In this document: positions 25,438 to 39,600 of the stretch, in pieces
Position numbering within the stretch: the stretch's first letter is position 1
Layout of the letters: every line of letters begins with the position of its first letter
NCBI GenBank assembly: GCA_023213395.1
Contig: CM041465.1
Location: 219,549,741-219,613,740 of the forward strand
Direction: 5' to 3'
DNA from: Cycas panzhihuaensis
Taxonomy: Eukaryota; Plantae; Cycadophyta
DNA length: 64,000 bases
Notes under the pieces: model-generated
What the model was told of the DNA's origin: nothing
The model's database searches: none
What the model saw: only the letters and a program-made list of their open reading frames with translations
Program-made: the position numbers and the translations under genes

Positions 25438-28400
25438 ATAACCAAAGATGGATTTCCTATCATTGGCTTCCCCAACCTTTTTAGAATCTATATAGTTAAG
25501 TAATTTAATATTTTAAATCTCTAAATATTATAAACTGAGATTTAGGATTCCTTTGATGTATCTTAGAATCACCTTAACTACCTTTTAGTGAGCCTCTTTG
25601 GGGGTTGTCATGAATAGAAATCTTATTCCTATAACATATGCAATATTAAGCCTAGTGGTTGTTAGATAGATCAAGTTACCTACTAGCCTTTTATACAAAA
25701 TTTTATGCACTAGATTACCTTCTTTATTTATAGTAATTTTGTTTCCTACTTCCATTGGTATGATTGCGGGTTTGTAAATTTCCATACTAAAGTCCTCTAG
25801 AAGCCTTTTTACATAGCTTGGGAGAGAAAATTTCCATTATGTTATTGATCTATTTTAGTTCCTAAATAATAGTATAGAGGCCCCATATCTGTCATTTCAA
25901 AAGAAGTGCAGAGTGTTTGTTTTGTGTCTTATGTTCATTCACCATTATTTCTTATGATGAGGAGATCATCCATATTCAAGATAATTATTGATACTTCCTT
26001 ATCTTTAGTTTTATGAACTAGAAAGTAAAGTCTATTTTTCATCTTGTGAACCCATTCTATTTCAAATACTAGTCAATCTTATCATACAAGGATCTTGGGG
26101 CTTGTTTAAGCCCATACAAAGCCTTTTTGAGTTTGTAGACTAAATGTGTTTCTCCATTATTTACATAACCAAGAGGTTTCTATATGTAGACTTATTTTGA
26201 TAAATCACCATTGAGAAATGCTCCCTTTACATCTAATTGATATACTTTCCAACCATGTTAGGCTACAATTGCTATGATTATTCTAACAATGATCATTTAA
26301 CTACAATAGCAAAAGTTTCTTTATAGTATATTCCTTTGGTTTGAGTGAAGCCACATTTGACTCGACATTCTTTATATTTTTCACCTATTCCATCTAACTT
26401 CTACTTAGTCTTAAAGACCCATTTGCACCCTATAATAGATTTATCTAAGGGATGTGAAACCAAGTCCCAAGCATTATTTGTATGAATTATATCAATTTCT
26501 TCATTGATAACTTTGATCTATTTTTTATCTTTGTTGGCCTTTTCATAAGTTATAGGTTTGACATTATAAAGGAGAAAGTGTTGACTTCTAATCCCACCTC
26601 TTTCTAAGTCTTTAACATTTTGGATTCCTGTATCTTGTAGTGTTTTAAGGTACTATTTTGGTAATCTTATTATAATAGCCTAATTTTGGTTGATGCTTTG
26701 ATTATTATCTTGGACATTGGATGATGCTTCAGGAGTTGCTAGTAGGCAAGGTGGATCTTTTAGTGGTATAATTTCTTCTTTTCCTATTGCATATGGATGT
26801 AAGGATGAAGATTCCTTAGTCATGCTTATGGATGAAGACTTATCAAATATTACATCTTGGCTTATGATTATTTTATTTGTTTTTATATCCATGTATTTAT
26901 ATGCATTGAATTTCTCACTATACCCTATAAGGATACATTTGATACTTTTGTTATCCAACATTTTTCTTTGCTCTTTTGGTATGTGGACATAGGTTGTACA
27001 TCTAAATACTATTAAATATGAGATATCTAGTTTCCTTCATGTATAAGCATCTTCAAGAGTTATTTCCCTTAAAGCTTTAGTAGGGCTTCTATTGAGGAGG
27101 CCAGCAGTTGTATTTATAGCATTTGCCCAATATTTGTTTGAGAATTTGTTGCTTTTAACAGAGCTATGGCCATTTCTATAATTGTCCTATTCTTTCATTC
27201 TATAACTCTATTTGATTAAGGATTGTATATATTGGTAAGTTACCTTTTGATTCCATGGGCTTTACAATATCTGTAGAAGTCATCAGATATAAATTCCCCT
27301 CCATTGTTCATTCTTAGAACTTTAATCTTTTTATCATTTTCCCTTTTAACCTATACTCTAAAATATTTGAAGATGTTGAATGCTTCTAACTTGTTCTTGA
27401 GAAAGTATATCCATACTCTTCTCTTATAATCATTTATTAAAATAAAAAAAAATTGCCCCTCCAATGGGAGTAGGTGTGATTGGACAATAAATGTCGCTAT
27501 GAATAAACTCTAACTTAGTTTGAGACCTCCAAGTGCTTTAAGGAAAACTTTGTCTGTGTTGCTTACCTAATGTGCATCCTTCACATACTAAGTATGGTCT
27601 TGATATGGATGAGAGTCCTATAACCATGTTATATTTCTTAAGTTGAGATAAATAATCATAATAAAGATGACATATCTTAAATGCCAAATGTCATTATCTT
27701 CAGTTTTATCATTTACAAAGAGAGCATGAATGACTAGAGTGACTAGAATTTTATAGAGGCCATCTACCTCAACTCCTTCTCATATGATATTGTACTCTTG
27801 ATTTATGTCTAGAATGAGACATTTTCTATATTCAAACTCAACTTTGAGATTTTTCTTCATCATTTGTGATATAGAAAAGAAATTCTTTCTTATTCTAGGG
27901 ATATACATGACATTTCCAACTTTTTTTATATTTCTGTCATTCATTTTTACAATAATAGTTCTTGTGCCTTAAATAGAATAAGTGGTATCATCTCCAAGCT
28001 CCACTACAACATTAGTCTTATATGTCTTAAGGCTTTCAAATTAATCTTGTTCTAGTGTCATGTGATTTGATGCTCCTGAATCGATGAACCAATGGTCCTT
28101 GGAGTTTATTTATGATGATAAGGCTATAAAAAGGCTATCTCTTTGTTGTTATCATCCTCTTTCTCTCTCTTTACTATAATTCCCAATAGCTCTCTTACCT
28201 CATGTTATATTTGCCTTTCTATACCTACAATGGACTATTTTTCAATAATAAAAACACATAATTCTTTAAGATGTAAACCTTTGTGATGGAGGTATGTTTC
28301 TTTGAGTTTGACCTATATTTTGACTCATGGAGCCTCATCTAGTTTAGGTTTATATAGCTCTTACTTGAATTTTATCCTTGGAAGCAAAGGCATTATCTAG

Positions 28401-30383
28401 GTCTATCTCTTTATAATTTATTTTCCTCTATTCAAAGTGGAGCAATTATCCACAAAGTGCATCAAATGGTAATTTTTTAATGTTAGGAGAGAGGGATAGA
28501 ATGGATACACTAGTAATGGTAGATTTTCACACAAAATTTTAATCCTAGTTAGGAATCTTATTACATTCTTATTTTGATGCATTTTAACTCTATATAATTC
28601 TTTGTTTAAGAACAAAATTCTAGCTATATTTTTCTAAGAATACAATGAAGCTAGCATATTCCAAGTTTCATTGACAGTAGTGGCTTGGGCTATGTGTGGT
28701 AGTATGTGATCTACTCTAAGTAGAGTAACTATCGAGCAATAGATTTTCTTCTTACTAAAGCCTTCACAAGGGGTCCCTTTAGCATAGCCTTGAATCACAA
28801 AACTCCTCCTTCAAATAGAATTTTTAACCCACTCTAACACTATGTAGGTATTTGAGTGAAAATTGTTTAATGATCTTGCATTGATAAGAATGCTCATAAA
28901 TACAAAAAGAGTCTTTTAGCATGTGTGTTAAGTGTCTTATATCTAATAGGACACCCAACATGAACGACAAGTATTCTACATGTAAAAAGAGGGAAAGGTT
29001 ACATGACCCTCAACTATTAAAAGCTAAGCCTAGGTTTATAACTTAAGAATAAACATTATTCCTAATAATTCCAAGGTTTTGTTCCATCCATTTCAAAGCA
29101 TTCCAAAAGTTAAAAGTACAAAAAGTGCTAGTTGACATACATGAGATAAATTTGCCCAAGTTGGAGGATTAAAAGATAATAGCCAATGTGTTCAAGCCAT
29201 GATAATTAGGCCTAAGTGGAGTAAATTCATCCAACTCCCACCACTTTAATAGCATAAAGTGTTGATGCAAATATATGTAAGTCTTATGGCCTAAAATATG
29301 GAGAAAGTAAATATATCTATCAAAGTGATATGAAAATTAACAAAACTAGTGAAAAATAGGGTAGTGATGTGTGGTACTAAAAGAAATGACATAAATCATG
29401 AACCCATAACTAAGACAACATGCAAGCTTAATGAATAGTTATATTTCAGAGGCATCACCATCATAACAATTAAAGCCAAAAGAGGCACTAATATATACAC
29501 CTTTCTATAGTAAACATCAATACACACAAACTATGTATGGAGAACATCTCAAGTAGGAGAAGCCATAAGAGATGATTTCCAACAAGTATGAAGTCTGTTG
29601 GATAACATTAAAATGGGATATTCTTAGAAAATAACAAACATGAAAGAAAAATTTAAAAATATTGGAAGGTGAAACAATTATAAAAAGGATAGAAGAGGAA
29701 AACTTAATGAAGTTAAATAAGGAATTAGGAATGCAAATTCTCTAAATACAAGATAAATTGGTAGCCAAACAAGCACAAATTAACAAGTTATAAGAGTAAC
29801 TTGAGAAATAGGGTAGTGGTGATTGATCACATACAAAAACATAAATTTGATAGTTTTAGGCACATTTTGGATCTTGATCAAGGATGCTTAACCATTTTGA
29901 AACCCCTTGAATAGATAGATGTAGCAAACTTGGCCATTGGAACACCTAGGGCAACTAAGAACACCCTAAAAAATAACATAGAAAGGTAGAACAACATAAT
30001 ACAAAAGAATACCAAGAATGGTTGGAATGGTTATAAGAATGATTTCAATAAAAAGGAATTGTTACAATAAAGGATCATTGCATTTAGGGAATGGTTAGAA
30101 CAACTTAAGGAATGGTAGAACAATAGTGACATTCTGCAACAACTTGAAGGAAAGGGTTGAGATAGGTCATGAATGGCTGAGGAAAACCCTATACAACTAA
30201 CATGGAATCCACGCAATATGGTTGTGCAAACATATGGCATGCTGAAGCATCACCATTTATTTAATTATATTATATAACTATATAATTTATTATTAAAATT
30301 TAAAGGTGGAATGTCAAATGACATAACGTTTTATATAAAGAAACCTATTTGGGATATAAAGAGGTCATTTCACACCCTATTTT

Positions 30384-33300
30384 TGTTAGAAATAATGTGA
30401 ATTCCTACATGTTCATTTAAGTTCATTTGTAATTTCATTAGAATATTTTCTCATATAGGATATTCTTAGAGAGAATATTCTTAGTCAATGATAATAATAA
30501 AGTGGTTAGTAAAAGTTAAAGATACTTGAGATATTAAATAAGATAATTTAGAGGCTACCATATTTTGAGGTAGTGATTAATTTAACATTATGAAGGGGTT
30601 AAAACTACCTTCCTATGTTTAGGATATTGTAATCTAAAAGTATATGATGTATTCACTTATTTGACTTAATGTAGAAGTTGAAGAGTTGTGATTCATTATC
30701 ATATTATCATTTCTTATCTATTGTGCATGTGATGTGTTCTATGTATCCAAGTCATATCCTCCTTTTCTGACATAGTATTAGAGCCAGGTTCATCTTATGA
30801 CAACTATGTCCCTATTTTCTACAGTGAAATCTATAACTAAATAGTGTGCTACTTATTGCCACTTATGTTAAGCTGTGAATCATATATTAGTTAGGAGGTT
30901 GTATTTGTTTGCTCTTGTATAAGGTAAGGTAACTATGCCTTGTAGTCCTTTATTCATCTATATGGGAATCTTTATTACTCTCTGTAGAGTTGCATATAGT
31001 GCTTTGTTTTATAACCAACGACTCGTGCTCCATCATAAATCCTTCGTTTGTCCTAACATCTAGAGAAATGACATGTTGTCCTTTATTTGCCCTTGTTGGA
31101 GCCACTAACTATAACTATGAGATTCCAACTCCTATTCAGAGAACCATTGTGATCGCTCTAGAAGTCACCAATTGTAGCTACAGGATGCCAACCATCACTT
31201 CGGGAGTCATCACCATCTACTAATTACTTAAGGATATTAGTTTAGAATACATATTGTCATTTCCAGTTGCCCTTTCATTGGGATCATAGATTTCATCAAA
31301 TAATAGAGCTGTCGACGTTAGATCTCATTTGTGCATCAAAAAATAAACTTTTGTTTATATGCTATATATTATAACATTATGTTATATACATAAGCATCTT
31401 TAAAAGAATATTCTTACTTTCATATAAGGTTTCTTTTATATAGTTTATTCTTTTAATTATTTCTTATATTTTGAGGGACCTTTATTCACTCCTTATAGAA
31501 TATTTTTTTCATCAATTGGGACTTATATAATAATAGGAATTAATCTATTATTAATATGTTGTAATTAATCCTCTTCAAGTATATTTTTTTAGCTCAACTT
31601 GTATTTTGAAGAGTATTTTTCTAATTACCTTATGGTCACTTAGTGATATTAAACACTCATATCAGCAATATTAAAAATATTTACTCCTTGATTTCCTTAA
31701 TTGCAAGATTCCATAATGTTATTTGTGAATATTATAGGTTATATTTTACTTGAGTCATGGAAGTTAGATGGAAAAAAATATGTAACATCAAAATTTAAAA
31801 TTTTCAACATTCTAGCCTTACATAGGCTCATGGAAGTTGTAGATGAGTTAATCACTCATCTTCAAGGAAAAATATTAATATCAGATGCATGGAAGACTCT
31901 AAGGGATCTATTTGAGACCAAAAATAAAACTAGAGTCTTATATCTTCAAAATTTTATTTACTCATGTAAAACGTCCAATAATGATTCCATCTCTTCTCAT
32001 TTATAAAAATTGAAAGAGATAAAAGAGAAACTTGTTATAGTAGGGGAAGTTGTACAAGACAAAGAGCTTGTAAGCATGACTTTGAATAGATTGCATGAAG
32101 GCTATCACATCTTTATGACAAGGCTATATCTTATAAGATGACCTGAACCTCTAACCTTTAAAGAATTAGGTAGCATGAAGAACAACATATGGGCTTTGAT
32201 AATCGTGGTGGTAGTAGTGCTATAGTGCTTGCATCAAAGTTCAAGAAGAAACCTCCAAATAATAGTCCAAGCCAACAATCACAAAGAAGTAACAATAATA
32301 TACAAAAACCAATATATGATGTTATTTGTAAGTATTGCAATAAGAAGGGATATTTAGAGAAGTAATGTTAGAAGAAGAAAGCTCATAAGAAGAAAATTAT
32401 TACTACTTTGTCTATAAATGAAGATGACAAAGTGTTTGTGTTTAATGCTATAAGCCAAGAGAGATGTTAATGGTATGTTGATTTAGGAGCATCTAAACAT
32501 ATCACTTATCATAAGGATTGGTTTGAAGATTTGAAAGATTATCAAATTCCTTCTATTATTCTTCATGATAATAGTTGGCATCAAGTTGTTGGTTGTGGCA
32601 ATATTAACATTCATCAACTAGAGTATGGAACTTTCAAGGTTTCAAATGTCTTACTTATACCCTCCTTCTAGCATAACTTACTATCTCTTAGTTCTATTAC
32701 TAAGTAGAATTTAATAAGTCAAAGTGCTTAATGAAGAAAGATGAAATTGTAATTGCTCAAGGTGTTTAAGAGAATGGAATTTATAATTTCTCTAGTATAT
32801 ATGAGCTTGGTCTTATTGCTCAAAATTTTGTTAACACTTTATGGCTTGACTATTATTGTCATTTGAATTATTCTAGCCTTCAGCTTATGTATAGATAGAG
32901 TATAGTGAATGATTTACCATTAATTAAGAAAACTGACAAGGTTTGTGAAGTATGTGCACTTCCAAGGTAGCATAGGGAACCATTCTAGAAATCTAAGTGG
33001 CAAGCTAAGAAGAAGTTAGGGTTGGCACACTCTAACTAATGTGGGCTAATTTCACCATCTTCATATGGAGGATCACAATACTTTATCACATTTATTGATG
33101 ATTTTATAAGAAGATGTTGGGTGTATCTCCTTAAACATAAGTCAGATACTTTTATAAAGTTTAAAGAATTTAAAGTTGAAGCTAAAAATCCTTCTTATAG
33201 AAAGATTAAGATCTTGAGGAGTGATAGTAGAGGCAAATATTTGTCTAATGAATTTAATAACTTTTGTAAAAATCATGGCATACAACATCAATTTATAATA

Positions 33301-34858
33301 ATATATACTCCATAACAAAATGGCATTACAAAGTAGAAGAATCGTACCATCCTTGAAATGGCATGATGCATGATGAAAGCTAGAGAAATTCCTAAGGGAA
33401 TTTAGGGAGAATTTGTTAATACATTTATGTACTTATTGAATATAAGGCCTACTAGTGCAATTCAAAATGTAACTCCTAAAGAGGCTTAGACTCTTCTAAA
33501 ACCTTATGTTGTACGTCTTTGCATTTTTGGATGTATTACATATATCCATGTGCTTAATGAAAGAAGGAAAAAACTTGATAATAAGAGTATAAAATATAAT
33601 CTTGTAGGATATAACATGACATCAAAAGCGTATAGGCTTTGGAGTCTCTCTAAGAAAAAGATTATTCATAGTAGCAATGTTTTATTTTAAGGAACTAATG
33701 ATTATGATCAACTTATTGTACCCATTGGAGAAGATAAAAAAACATAAAGGAAAATAAATTAGAGAGGATAAGAAAAGTAAAGAGAGTGATCATGGCGAAG
33801 CTTCTACTTCTTTTGTTTCTCCCTCTTCTACTATTCTTGTTTCTTCTTAAAAGAAATTACCAAAGTTATATGTTTAAACCACTCATGATTCTAAAGATGT
33901 GAATCTTATTTTAGGAATTTGAATAAGGAGTAAAAGTAATCTTGCCTTAATGATAAAAATATTAAGTGTTAATAAACCACAAACATTATATGAAGCCAAA
34001 GATATGGCTCATTGGCAAGTAGCCATGAAGGAAGAGTATGACCCCATTATGAAGAATGACACTTGGGATCTTGTTGAGTTACCACTAAGTAAAAAGGTAA
34101 TTGGTTACAGATGGTTGTATCAAGTTAAGTATCAATCTGATGGTGCTATAGAAAGATACAAGGCTTGACTTATTGCAAAAGGCTATGCTTAGATACCCAG
34201 AACTAATTTTGAGGAGACTTTCATACCTGTAGTAAAAATGACCACTATTTAGATGCTAATTTCCTTTCCGACTCAATTTGGTTGGGAAATTCATCAAATA
34301 GATATAAAGAATACATTCTTAAATAGAATTCTAGATGAAGAAGTTTACATGAAATACCTTGAAGGATTTGAGGAAGTTGGAGGTATGTAGCTTATTTATA
34401 GATTGAAGAAATCTCTCTATCAGCTTAAATAAGCATCAAAGGCATGACATTCACACATTGATGATTATTTCATCTATCTTAGATTCATAAGATATGAATC
34501 AAATGAATCGCATGAGGATGATCAAATCCTAATTATAGCTTTATATGTTGATGACTTCATGTTGAATAGTTGTAATATTAAAAAGATTAGCACACTTAAA
34601 AAGTGATTGTTAAAATCTTTTAAAATGACTAATCTTAGACTTTACACTTCTACATTAGGATGGAAATCTGGCAAAAAGGTGATCATATCTTTGTGTCTCA
34701 CTCAAAACATACCTATTATTTATTAAGACACTTCTATATAGAGAATTGTATATTAGTTGCAACACTTATGGGAGTTGGTCTTAAATTGGTAAAGGAAACT
34801 AGTGATAAAATAATAGATGAAACTCTATATAGGAAACTAGTGGGAAGTTTTATATATA
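30384..34858 (+). mobile_element. Ty1/copia element A (5' LTR 30384-30772, PBS, gag-pol truncated in RT)
   Basis: LTR TGTTAGAAA...TTTCTGACA and PBS TAGTATTAGAGCC (30773-30785). Gag DAWKTLRDLFE, integrase [38 protein letters not shown]; ends at LYRKLVGSFIY. Confidence 0.88.
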
Positions 34859-35170
34859 TGGAGGACATTATCCTATTCATGTAATTATCCTATTGGAGGA
34901 CATATGGGTTATTACATATGATTGGATAAGTATGAGGTGACATGTACTATAAGTATGTATTCATACTAATGCAATAGTTGAAAGTGATCATTTCCCACAA
35001 GTTTTATTGTATTATGTATCTATACATACTTCATCTTTCATTTGCTTCTTTATTGTTTTATTATTAATCACTTCATACTTGTTGAATGCTTTACTTTAAT
35101 ATTTTTATCTTTCTAACATGATGATTATAGAGGTAAACTCTGAATCTAATATTTTAACATGGTATTAGAG
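34859..35170 (+). mobile_element. LTR plus tRNA-Met PBS of another element inserted into Copia A (duplicate at 47233-47544)
   Basis: Abrupt TG start after RT sequence, ending TTTTAACA followed by TGGTATTAGAG (35160-35170). Confidence 0.6.
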
Positions 35171-35214
35171 TAATCACATATGTAATGTTTAATGTATATA
35201 ATGTATACATACAT

Positions 35215-36565
35215 AGTTAAAGCAGAGAACATATGATAAAGAATTATATTATTATTAAGAAGTACATAATGTATTTATATGCAAGGGGTCATTAACAATA
35301 ACCCTAATTTGGAGTCACTTTATTAATGACATGACTTATACTAAGGTTACATAAAAGAATAAGACATTTCTTATTCTAACATCCCCTTTTAATATCTAAT
35401 TCTTTTTTTTCATGCTTGTTTTTATTCTAAGATATATGAATTTATCCCTTACAAGAGATTTAGTAAAGATGTCTATTAATTATTCTTCACTTGGGCAATA
35501 AACTAGCTTGATTTCTTTTTTATCAACCCTTTCTCTCATGAAGCAGTGATGCACTTCAATATATTTTATTCATGCATGAAATACATGATTCTTTATCATT
35601 TGACTAGTGCTTTAGTTAGCACAGTTTATTGTAATAGGTGTGATTTGAGGATGATGGAGTTATTCAAGGAGTCTTCAAAGCTAGGTTGCTTCACATGCTA
35701 CTTGATATTTAGCCTTAAAGCTATAGATGGTGACTATTGATTATTTCTTTGTCTTCCATGAAATGATTACACTCCTAAGATCAAAGCAATATCCTATGTT
35801 TGATTTGTGATTGTCTGTGTCTCCCACCCATTTTGAATATGAGTATCTTATCACTTGATTTATACTTTTATTATTATATTGAATACCATAAGATTTTATT
35901 CCCTATAGATATCAAAGTATTATTTTGATTAGCTTTTAGTGAGATTCCTTGGGTGTAGATATATACTTGGAAATAATCCTGACAACATATATAATGTTTA
36001 GTCTTGTAGAGATGAGATAGATGAGATTCTCGATAAGTTTCCTATATGATGTCTCATCAATTTATTTTCCCTATAGATCTACATTGAGTTTGACTCCTAT
36101 GAACATGAGAGTTAGAGTAAGCTTGTAATCTATCATGTTGAACTCCTCCAATATTTATGCAACATACTTGCTTTGGGATAAAAAGAATCCATGGGATTGT
36201 TGTTATATTTCTATTCCCAGATAGTATTGTAGAAGTCCCAAATCCATCATTTTAAATGTCTTTGATAACTTTTGTTTCATATTTTCAATCTAACTTGTGT
36301 TGTTACCTGTAATAGTTAGATCATCAATAGAAAATACAATGATGATGATTTAGTTATTTTTGGTAGTATGAATATATAGTCCATAATTTGCATTACATCA
36401 TCTAATTTCTACACATTTTAGCTATGGATAATTTTTTGAATACTAGGATGTTGAAGCTTATTTAAACCCATATAGATCCATGTTCAATTTATAGACTAAA
36501 TGCTCTTGTCCAACAACTATATATCCTAGATATTACTAGATATTTTATATATATATATATATATA

Positions 36566-36652
<87 letters not shown>

Positions 36653-39600
36653 TTCTTATAATTCCCCAGTTAGAAAAGCCCCTTTCATATCTATTTGATA
36701 GACTAGCCAATTATGTTGAGCTACAGGGTAAAGACCATTCTAATTATTATCATCTTGTTGACTAGGGAAAATGTTTCTTGATAGTCAATACTATGAGTTT
36801 GGGTGAATCCTTTAGCAACAAGCCAAGCCTTATATTTCTTAATGGATCTATTAGCCTTTTCTTTGACTTTAAATAGCCATTTACACCTAACAGCTAGTTT
36901 TCCTAGTGGAGGTGCAACTAGATCTGAGGTTTTATTTTTCTTAATTGAGTCCATTTCTTCTTCCATGGATTTTCTCCAATAAGGATCATCTCTAGCTTAT
37001 CGATAAGAAATGTTAATATTAACTACAAGTCCATACTGAGAATGATCTCAACTCTTAGTTTTTCTTCCTTCTTATAGATATCCAAGATCAACTCTAAAAT
37101 CTTAAATAGCCTTGAGATACCATTTGGAAACCTTTTTGGCTAAGTATGTGTTTGGTATACTTGAGTACCTCTTGGGTTATCCAAAGGAGTATCATCAGAG
37201 TCCTAACTTAAAGTTCCTCTTGATGTTTTTACTTCCTAATATTTAGTAGGAATAATAGACGTCTCTGGATCAGAGAGTTATTACTTAGGATGAGGAATAA
37301 TTAGAGGTAAATGCCCATTAGATTAGATTACATTTTGAGAAATATTTTCTATTATTAGATTAGAGATTTCATCAAAGTATACATCTCTACTTGGATATAT
37401 CTTGCTAGTTAATGTATCAAGACATTTGTATGCCTTCTAGGCATCAATGTATCCTATATGAATATACTTTTTGCTCTTGTCATCTAGCTTTTTACATATT
37501 TTAATAGGAATACACATATATACAATCAAACCAAAGTTCTTAAGATGTTATATATTAGGTTTCTATCCTATCTAAGATTCTTCTAGAGTTATTTTATGTA
37601 GAGTCTTAGTTGCTTCAATTGAGCAAGTATACTACAATGTTTGTAACTTTATCCCAGTGCCTATTTAATACTCCCTTTTGATTTAGAAGTAACCAAGTCA
37701 TTTTGGTTATGGTTCTATTATTCCTTTTAGCTACCCCATTAGATTGAGTCATATATGGTGTTATTAATTGTCTGTGTATTCCCTATTTTTCATAATATTC
37801 TTTGAATTCATTTGAGGTAAATTCTCCTCTATTATCAATTCTCAAGATTTTAATGCACTAACCACTTTCTTTCTCAAACATAGTCTTAAAGTTTAGGAAG
37901 GCTTCAAACACATTTGATTTTAGTTTAAGAAAATATATCCAATTTTTTCTTGAATAATCATCAATAAATGTAAAAAAATATTATGGACCTTACATAGATG
38001 GAGGAGTAAATGGGCCACATAGGCTGTTGTACATAAATTTAAGTTTGTAGTTTGCCCTTCTAAAACTTTTAGAGATTTGTGATTTATATTATTTGCCCAA
38101 CATTTAGACATCATATACAAAATTTATTTTTTTAATCCAAGGCAATCCTTTTACCATATCATAGTTGCTTAAATTAGACTAGCCATCTTAAGACAAGTGT
38201 CCATAGTACAAATGCCATAGTTTTTCATTATTAATATTATAAGTTATATTTAATGCAAAGTGTATTAGTGAGGCAAGAAATTTATACAATCCTTTTATTT
38301 TGATTCCCTCATCAACCACTTTCTCATCTTTGGTTTTATCAAAGATAATAGATTTGTCATCATTAAATAAAACTTTCATCCTTTTGTCAGTCAACTAAGA
38401 GATCAATAATCGGATTTTGGTCATCCCTAACACATATATAACTTGTTTGGCTTTCTTAATGGCTCCATTAAGTATGGCTACTAGCACTATGTGACTACCT
38501 TAAATTGAATGGGTGGTGTTATCTCCAAGTTCTACAATTCCTACTCCTTGTAATGGATTGATGTGAGTAAACTAAGAATGCCTATAGGACATGTGTTGTG
38601 ATGCTCTTGAATAAATAAACTAGACTTATGGGCTTTTGTTATCAATGGTTGAAGAGAGAGCAGTGATGAAAGTAATTTCTTCTTCCTCTTCCTTTCCTAT
38701 TTGATCATCCTTTTCTATTTGCCTAAAGTAGGTTCATGCAGTAATTATTCCCCTCTCTAAGACTACCTTACAATGATAATAATATGTGGTGAAATGTTCC
38801 ATTTTTTCACAGTAGTAACTAATGATATTTCATCATATTCTTCCTCTAGAATATTGTTGTGGTGGACCTCATAAGGAAGATTGACCTCTAGTTGGGCTAT
38901 AATTAGATACATATCATATGCCTCATTTAGGTGCTCAATACATAGCTCTGGTTAGGTTGTCTCATTCTTAGATGCTAACTTTCGATGCAAATACATTCTC
39001 CAAGTCACTATATAAGTTGATATCAATTTTCTCATAGTGAAGGATTTGGCTATATATAGTATTAAAGCTAGGTTTGATGAGTTTAGTTATCATTTAATAA
39101 CTAGTGATGAAGGGCCTAAATTTAGATGGAAACATATAGATAATTAGGTTAATTGGATCATTGTTTGAATAAGTAACTCCAATGGAAGTAAGGCTCTTTT
39201 GGATCTTTTTAAAATAGCCTAGGAAGGAAGTGAAGTCTTCTACCTCTATCATTTTAAGCTGGGATATTTGATCCTTAGGGCCTATAATATAGGTAATATT
39301 CTTTTGAGCAAACACAATTGATAAAATAGTCTATATTTCATGAGGAGTTATGGCTCTTGATATGTGTGGAAGAAGGGTATTTGAGACTAAAAGTATGATT
39401 ATAGTAAGAGCAAGACCTTTTTGTTCTAGATATAGTTTCTTCTCAACTACATCTATTGGTTAAACTTTAGAAACTTTAGTTTGGTCCCATCCTTCTTGGG
39501 CAATTAGGATGGAGTAGATCTTAGTCTTTCATGATTTATAATTGTCTCTAGTGAGTTTTTTTAAATCAAAGATGTGAAGTGAGGAAGCCATGGTGAGGTA

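Larger units (their letters stand above)
5841..29067 (-). mobile_element. Ty1/copia LTR retrotransposon interrupted by the Tat element; 3' LTR 5841-6065, 5' LTR 28843-29067
   Basis: Two ~225-bp direct repeats. Degenerate tRNA-Met PBS (ACTCTAACACTA, 28831-28842), PPT CTCCCCC at 6066, TSD ATTTC/ATTCC. Gag, protease (WFIDSGASNHM ~28060-28095), integrase (LDNKSIKCILIGYS) and RT (YKRLVGNLIYLTTTR) lie at 25438-28800; the RNase H end lies at 6070-6489. Confidence 0.9.

Noticed and set aside
29100-29850. Possible hAT transposase remnant
   Set aside because: Only vague peptide resemblance (QAMII..KW); no diagnostic motif could be confirmed.
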